In this document: positions 25,521-29,482 of the stretch, in pieces
How positions within the stretch are numbered: the stretch's first letter is position 1
Layout of the letters: each line of letters begins with the position of its first letter
Origin: a virus
Taxonomy: Duplodnaviria; Caudoviricetes
IMG/VR virus record: IMGVR_UViG_3300040985_000384
Coordinates: 1 to 29,482 of that record
Strand: one strand, 5' to 3'
Length of the DNA stretch: 29,482 bases
Program-made: the position numbers and the translations under genes
The notes under the pieces: model-generated
What the model was told of the DNA's origin: nothing
Seen by the model: the letters and a program-made list of their open reading frames with translations, nothing else
Databases searched by the model: none

Positions 25521-25870
25521 TGCCTGCACAGCTTGATGGATACTCTAGGCGCAAAGACAGAACGGTGAGCCTTAGATTCATATCACAGGAGAAGACAAGC
25601 TCCGAGGTGATGGAGATAGACGAAGCCCTGCACCAGTTCGGCATCCTATACTTCCGGGGAGAGGAAGAGATGAACCCCGACGAGATAGAAGAGCTAGACA
25701 ATATCGAGATTGACCTATACGATGAACCCAAGACTCAGAGCCAAAGGATGCGGAATGTACTTTTCGTATTATGGAAGCAGGATGGAGAGAAGGGGGACTT
25801 TAAGAAATTCTATAAACAGAAGACAGAGGAGATAATCCAACACTTCAAAAATAAAATCGAAGATGAATGA
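25508..25870 (+). CDS. Hypothetical protein
   Basis: 120 aa; KTQSQRMRNVLF..W motif. Confidence 0.65.
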   Translation: MRFLMPAQLDGYSRRKDRTVSLRFISQEKTSSEVMEIDEALHQFGILYFRGEEEMNPDEIEELDNIEIDLYDEPKTQSQRMRNVLFVLWKQDGEKGDFKKFYKQKTEEIIQHFKNKIEDE

Positions 25871-25973
25871 AGAGGAACTACCAATGAGCGATTGCTGCGG
25901 CGCAGAAACTGCTGAAACTGACATGGGGATTTGCCCATCATGCGGAGAACATTGTGAATTTAATGACGACTAA
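25863..25973 (+). CDS. Zn-ribbon microprotein (36 aa, not in ORF track)
   Basis: MNEEELPMSDCCGA...GICPSCGEHC. Confidence 0.6.
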   Translation: MNEEELPMSDCCGAETAETDMGICPSCGEHCEFNDD

Positions 25974-25974
25974 T

Positions 25975-26253
25975 ATGAGAGATACCCACGAAACACGACT
26001 GCTGCGATACCTCGCACAGCACAAAAGCATAACCTCACTGGAAGCAATCCGAGACTTAGGTAACACAAGACTCGCGGCTACCATTTGCACACTACGCAAG
26101 AAAGGAAACGACATAGCATCGTCCAGCGTAGATGTAGACACAAGGTGGGGGACAAAAACTCAGGTAGCAAAGTACACCCTACACCATGAGCCGCCACACC
26201 AAAGCAAGATGTCGCTATTTAATAAGCTCGCAAAAGGCTATGCAGGATTCTGA
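25975..26253 (+). CDS. Winged-HTH protein
   Basis: SITSLEA...G.TRLAA.I..LR..G.DI pattern. Confidence 0.7.
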   Translation: MRDTHETRLLRYLAQHKSITSLEAIRDLGNTRLAATICTLRKKGNDIASSSVDVDTRWGTKTQVAKYTLHHEPPHQSKMSLFNKLAKGYAGF

Positions 26254-26437
26254 CCTCAAGAGCAACTGCTGCGGCGCACCATCACGACACGACAGGGTGT
26301 GCGGCTTCTGTTGGGAAGAGTGTAGGAACGTCCCGCTGTGGGAATACGAGATGGATAAGACCGACCCCATATATAGTTATGCCCCCTCACAGAAAGACAT
26401 AACGAGATGGGTCAAGAAAGTCGCAGGGCTGGATTGA
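26240..26437 (+). CDS. Zn-ribbon small protein (65 aa)
   Basis: SNCCGA...VCGFCWEEC. Confidence 0.55.
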   Translation: MQDSDLKSNCCGAPSRHDRVCGFCWEECRNVPLWEYEMDKTDPIYSYAPSQKDITRWVKKVAGLD

Positions 26438-26445
26438 AAAAAACA

Positions 26446-26640
26446 ATGAATACAATGAGACTGCCTAGACTACCTGACAAGGTATATACAGAACTAGTTG
26501 TAACCGCTGCTTGGTGGGCTATGCAACCTGAGCCAAGCGAAGATGAACATGGAGGGTGGCCCTTTTTTGTTTATCACTTTTACAAAGCGAACTTCCCTCT
26601 CTATTTTGAAAAAGAGGAAGAGGTAGTTAAAGAAACATAG
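26446..26640 (+). CDS. Hypothetical protein
   Basis: ATG after an A-rich leader. Confidence 0.5.
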   Translation: MNTMRLPRLPDKVYTELVVTAAWWAMQPEPSEDEHGGWPFFVYHFYKANFPLYFEKEEEVVKET

Positions 26641-26646
26641 AATACC

Positions 26647-26964
26647 ATGCCATTTCAAAAAGGAAATACACACGGTCAAGGACGGCCTAAGGGGTCATCT
26701 AACAAGGTGACAGCAGCAAGTAGGGAACTCTTTGTTACTGTCATGGAAGGTGAGATGCAATTCATCCAAGAGGAACTTGCCCTGCTCAGGGAGTCAAGCG
26801 GCGAGAAATACCTCAAAGCCCTAAGTGGATTGCTACCCTATTTTATGCCTAAGCAATCGGAGACGGAGCTAACCATCAACGAACCCGTTACTACCCCATC
26901 ATGGTTTGATGATGTACTGGAGAACGAGGACACACCCGACCCCAACCCGCTAACAGGGAGCTAA
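26647..26964 (+). CDS. terS: Terminase small subunit
   Basis: MPFQKGN..GRPKGS.N N-terminus; upstream of TerL. Confidence 0.7.
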   Translation: MPFQKGNTHGQGRPKGSSNKVTAASRELFVTVMEGEMQFIQEELALLRESSGEKYLKALSGLLPYFMPKQSETELTINEPVTTPSWFDDVLENEDTPDPNPLTGS

Positions 26965-27101
26965 TGGTTTACGTTCTGCTCACTGGAATCATATTGCTCA
27001 AGCTGGCTGACCTGCTATACAAGTACAACTACTACATGGAAATAGACACGAACGACTTGATGGTGATAGTGGCTGCTATTATGGTTTGCTGTCTTGTCTA
27101 A
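26964..27101 (+). CDS. Small two-helix membrane protein (45 aa, not in ORF track)
   Basis: TAATG-coupled; MVYVLLTGIILLKL...LMVIVAAIMVCCLV. Confidence 0.5.
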   Translation: MVYVLLTGIILLKLADLLYKYNYYMEIDTNDLMVIVAAIMVCCLV

Positions 27102-27104
27102 GGT

Positions 27105-27377
27105 TTACGAGTCGTGCGCCCACCCATTGTCATCACTAAACCCCGACATCAAGACCTCGGCACTGGGCCACTTGTGGTGCTTAGGATGGTGCTTGCTCCA
27201 TTGCTCGTGCAATGCAACTATGGCTACACGGAACTGAAGAATCTTATGGTAATCCTTCATGCTCCTACGAACAATTGGTTCGGGGTAGAAATAGGAGTCG
27301 TATGTGATGGGCCGCAACGATTCGATGCCGTGGCGCAAGGTATTCTTGATGCGGGATGTTTTCCTTTTGTCTCTCAT
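27105..27377 (-). CDS. Hypothetical protein, only credible minus-strand gene
   Basis: Fills the gap tail-to-tail with the 45-aa gene; perfect TACATTTG element 4 nt upstream of its ATG. Confidence 0.6.
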   Translation of the reverse strand: MRDKRKTSRIKNTLRHGIESLRPITYDSYFYPEPIVRRSMKDYHKILQFRVAIVALHEQWSKHHPKHHKWPSAEVLMSGFSDDNGWAHDS

Positions 27378-27381
27378 AATT

Positions 27382-27402
27382 CAAATGTAGAATTTACTTT
27401 CG
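27382..27402. promoter_or_regulatory. Back-to-back -7-type elements (TACATTTG on minus, TACTTTCG on plus)
   Basis: Reverse complement of CAAATGTA at 27382-27389; near-consensus at 27395-27402 before terL. Confidence 0.5.
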
Positions 27403-27418
27403 CATCCCATTTTCGCAA

Positions 27419-28570
27419 GTGAGGCAACCAAAAACATATTATGACCTGAAGGGATGCAAGACGCGGGTGGCCGTATTTCAGGGTGGCACACGTAGCGGAA
27501 AGACGCGAAGCATAATCAACGTGCTAATTGAATGGTGCTTCAAGTATAGGAATAGCGACTATGTGATTACGGTAGTACGTAAGAGCTTCCCCTCCCTGCG
27601 GGCATCGGTGTACCGAGACTTTATGACCGTGCTACACGAAGAGGGATGGTACGACGAGATTGACCACAACAAGACCGAGAACACGTACAACCTATTTGGG
27701 AATCGATGGGAATTTGTTTCAACCTCAGAGCCACAAAAATTACGTGGGGCTAAGAGAAATTATGTTTTTCTTAACGAGGCCAACGAGCTAGACCTAGAAA
27801 CGTATAGGCAAATCAGCTTGCGTACCACAGACAAAATCATTTTAGACTACAACCCCTCTGACGAGTTCCACTGGATATACGACGAGGTGATACCGAGGGA
27901 CGACTGCACCTTCTTTCAGTCCACATATCTAGACAACCCATTTCTTAACGCCGACACCATTCGAGAAATCGAGATGCTTAAGGACACGGACGAAGACTAT
28001 TGGAGGGTCTACGGCTTGGGCGAAAGAGGAAAGAGTCGGGCTACCATATTTGCCACACACATCTACGACGAGTTGCCGGAGAATTGTAAGGCGGTGGCAT
28101 GGGGCATTGACTGGGGATTCAGTGCTGACCCCACTGCACTGGTCAAGGTTTGGCGCAGGGGCAACGAGCTATACATCGAAGAGTTCCTGTACGTGGGTGG
28201 GATGACCAACGCCGACATCATGGCACACATGAAGGAGTGCGGGATTCAGAGGAACGAAGAAATCATAGCTGACTCAGCCGAGCCAAAGGCTATACACGAA
28301 ATCCACAGAGGGGGGTTCAATATCAAGCCCGCGAAGAAAGGGCCGGACTCCATTCGCATAGGCATTGACCTAATGCGTAGGCACAAGATTTTCATCAAGG
28401 ATACAAGCCTAAACGTGCAGAAGGAGTTTAGAAACTACAAGTGGAAGACCGATAAAAATAACCGAACTTTACCCATCCCCGAAGACTCGTGGAATCATGC
28501 CGTTGACGCAGTTAGGTATGTCTGCCTAAACAAGCTGCTGCGTAAGCGAGGAAGCTATACCATCCAATGA
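27419..28570 (+). CDS. terL: Terminase large subunit (PBSX-type)
   Basis: QGGTRSGKT Walker A, FLNEANE Walker B, DYNP, GIDWGFSADP, ADSAEP and NHAVDAVRY. Confidence 0.95.
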   Translation: MRQPKTYYDLKGCKTRVAVFQGGTRSGKTRSIINVLIEWCFKYRNSDYVITVVRKSFPSLRASVYRDFMTVLHEEGWYDEIDHNKTENTYNLFGNRWEFVSTSEPQKLRGAKRNYVFLNEANELDLETYRQISLRTTDKIILDYNPSDEFHWIYDEVIPRDDCTFFQSTYLDNPFLNADTIREIEMLKDTDEDYWRVYGLGERGKSRATIFATHIYDELPENCKAVAWGIDWGFSADPTALVKVWRRGNELYIEEFLYVGGMTNADIMAHMKECGIQRNEEIIADSAEPKAIHEIHRGGFNIKPAKKGPDSIRIGIDLMRRHKIFIKDTSLNVQKEFRNYKWKTDKNNRTLPIPEDSWNHAVDAVRYVCLNKLLRKRGSYTIQ

Positions 28571-29217
28571 AGATTACCCTACCCGATAATTACAGCGAAG
28601 TCACCGTTGGTCAGTACATGGATTTGTGGAAGATGTACGAGGAGGAGGAAGACGCATACCTAGCTCAGAGGAAGTGCATAGAGCTATTGGCGGGCCTAGA
28701 GGAAGGAACGCTGAAGAATGCCACATGGGAAAGCATAGAGGAGGCTTCCGCAAAACTCAACTGGTTGATTAGTGAGCCTGACCCCTTCGAGATGAAGCAC
28801 CCACTCATCCGTAGGTTTGAACTCAAAGGAAAGCAGTATGGATTCATCCCGGATATGACCAAGCTCACGGTGGGCGAGTATGCCGACCTAGAGACATACT
28901 GCAAGGGTGGGGTGTTTAACGTCCTAGAAAAGCTATGCGCTATTCTATTTCGGGAGGTCAAAGTGGAGAAGGGAGACAGGTACGAAATAGCTCTATACTC
29001 CCCTGATGAGGAGAGCAAGAAGACCATGCTCGACTTGCCCATGAACATAGCAGTTGCTGCGGTGGTTTTTTTTTGCAATACCGCCGAGGAATTGGTTTCC
29101 GCTTCGGAACGCTATTTCAATCAGCAGAAGGAGAAGAAGGAGGAGACGCGATACACTCCAAGTGGGGATGGTTCGGTATTATCTATCAAATGGCTTCGGG
29201 GAATATTCTTCACATGA
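28567..29217 (+). CDS. Putative tail assembly chaperone, 0-frame product
   Basis: Twin TVGQY/TVGEY.DL motifs; T9 slippery run at 29066-29074. Confidence 0.6.
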   Translation: MKITLPDNYSEVTVGQYMDLWKMYEEEEDAYLAQRKCIELLAGLEEGTLKNATWESIEEASAKLNWLISEPDPFEMKHPLIRRFELKGKQYGFIPDMTKLTVGEYADLETYCKGGVFNVLEKLCAILFREVKVEKGDRYEIALYSPDEESKKTMLDLPMNIAVAAVVFFCNTAEELVSASERYFNQQKEKKEETRYTPSGDGSVLSIKWLRGIFFT

Positions 29218-29306
29218 ACGATGTACAAGACATATATATAGAAGAGGCTCTAACCTTTATGGCTTATGAGAAAGACCTAAACCTAGCTGACAAAATCAAA
29301 ATGTAA
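29073..29306 (+). CDS. -1 frame extension of the chaperone (frameshift product C-terminus)
   Basis: Frame is entered at the T-run, looks protein-like (KWGWF..IY..A.G) and is TAATG-coupled to the next gene. Confidence 0.55.
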   Translation: MQYRRGIGFRFGTLFQSAEGEEGGDAIHSKWGWFGIIYQMASGNILHMNDVQDIYIEEALTFMAYEKDLNLADKIKM

Positions 29307-29481
29307 TGCAGACAGTAGTAGACATCAACAACACGCTCAAGAATATCGTTGCTTCTCACGACCAGCTAAAGAGCTTCCATACCTTTAGCTTGGACGAGTT
29401 GGATATGGACAAATTGGACGTAGACAAATACCCGCTGTTGTATGGTCAATGCTCTAATGCGGAACTGGATGCCAGCGTTAC
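29306..29481 (+). CDS. 5' part of wrapped tail completion protein (continues at window start to 386)
   Basis: ATG 29306; open frame into the terminal overlap. Confidence 0.7.
   Translation, partial: MQTVVDINNTLKNIVASHDQLKSFHTFSLDELDMDKLDVDKYPLLYGQCSNAELDASV
29387..29481. repeat. Terminal direct repeat, right copy
   Basis: Identical to 3-97. Confidence 0.95.
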
Positions 29482-29482
29482 C

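Noticed and set aside
27114-27422. Plus-strand 102-aa ORF
   Set aside because: GTG start and fully antisense to the minus-strand ORF, which has the better promoter and start context

Overview
This window is an apparently complete, circularly permuted ~29.4 kb tailed dsDNA phage genome (95-bp end overlap, 3-97 = 29387-29481; unit length about 29,384 bp). It is siphovirus-like, and the host is most plausibly a Bacteroidota/Flavobacteria member, inferred from TAnnTTTG promoter elements, a lack of obvious Shine-Dalgarno sequences and gene style. Nearly all genes are on the + strand: tail genes, tape-measure-like gene, prohead protease, scaffold, major capsid, tail tube, portal, adaptor, fibre/MAM proteins, lysis module, early/replication genes (initiator with internal iterons, NinG, ECF-like sigma factor), TerS/TerL and a probable -1 frameshifting tail chaperone. 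I found no integrase, polymerase, tRNA or CRISPR. The stand-out feature is a ~3.25 kb island inside the head module (8568-11819). It holds an ArdA-like DNA-mimic gene and ten small, mutually dissimilar, very acidic, Lys-poor ORFs. Eight of these are joined by a conserved 17-bp stop-spacer-start repeat (TAACCAACAGAGATATG), which makes this a candidate modular anti-defence gene-cassette array. All functional calls come from motif recognition by eye; no searches were run.
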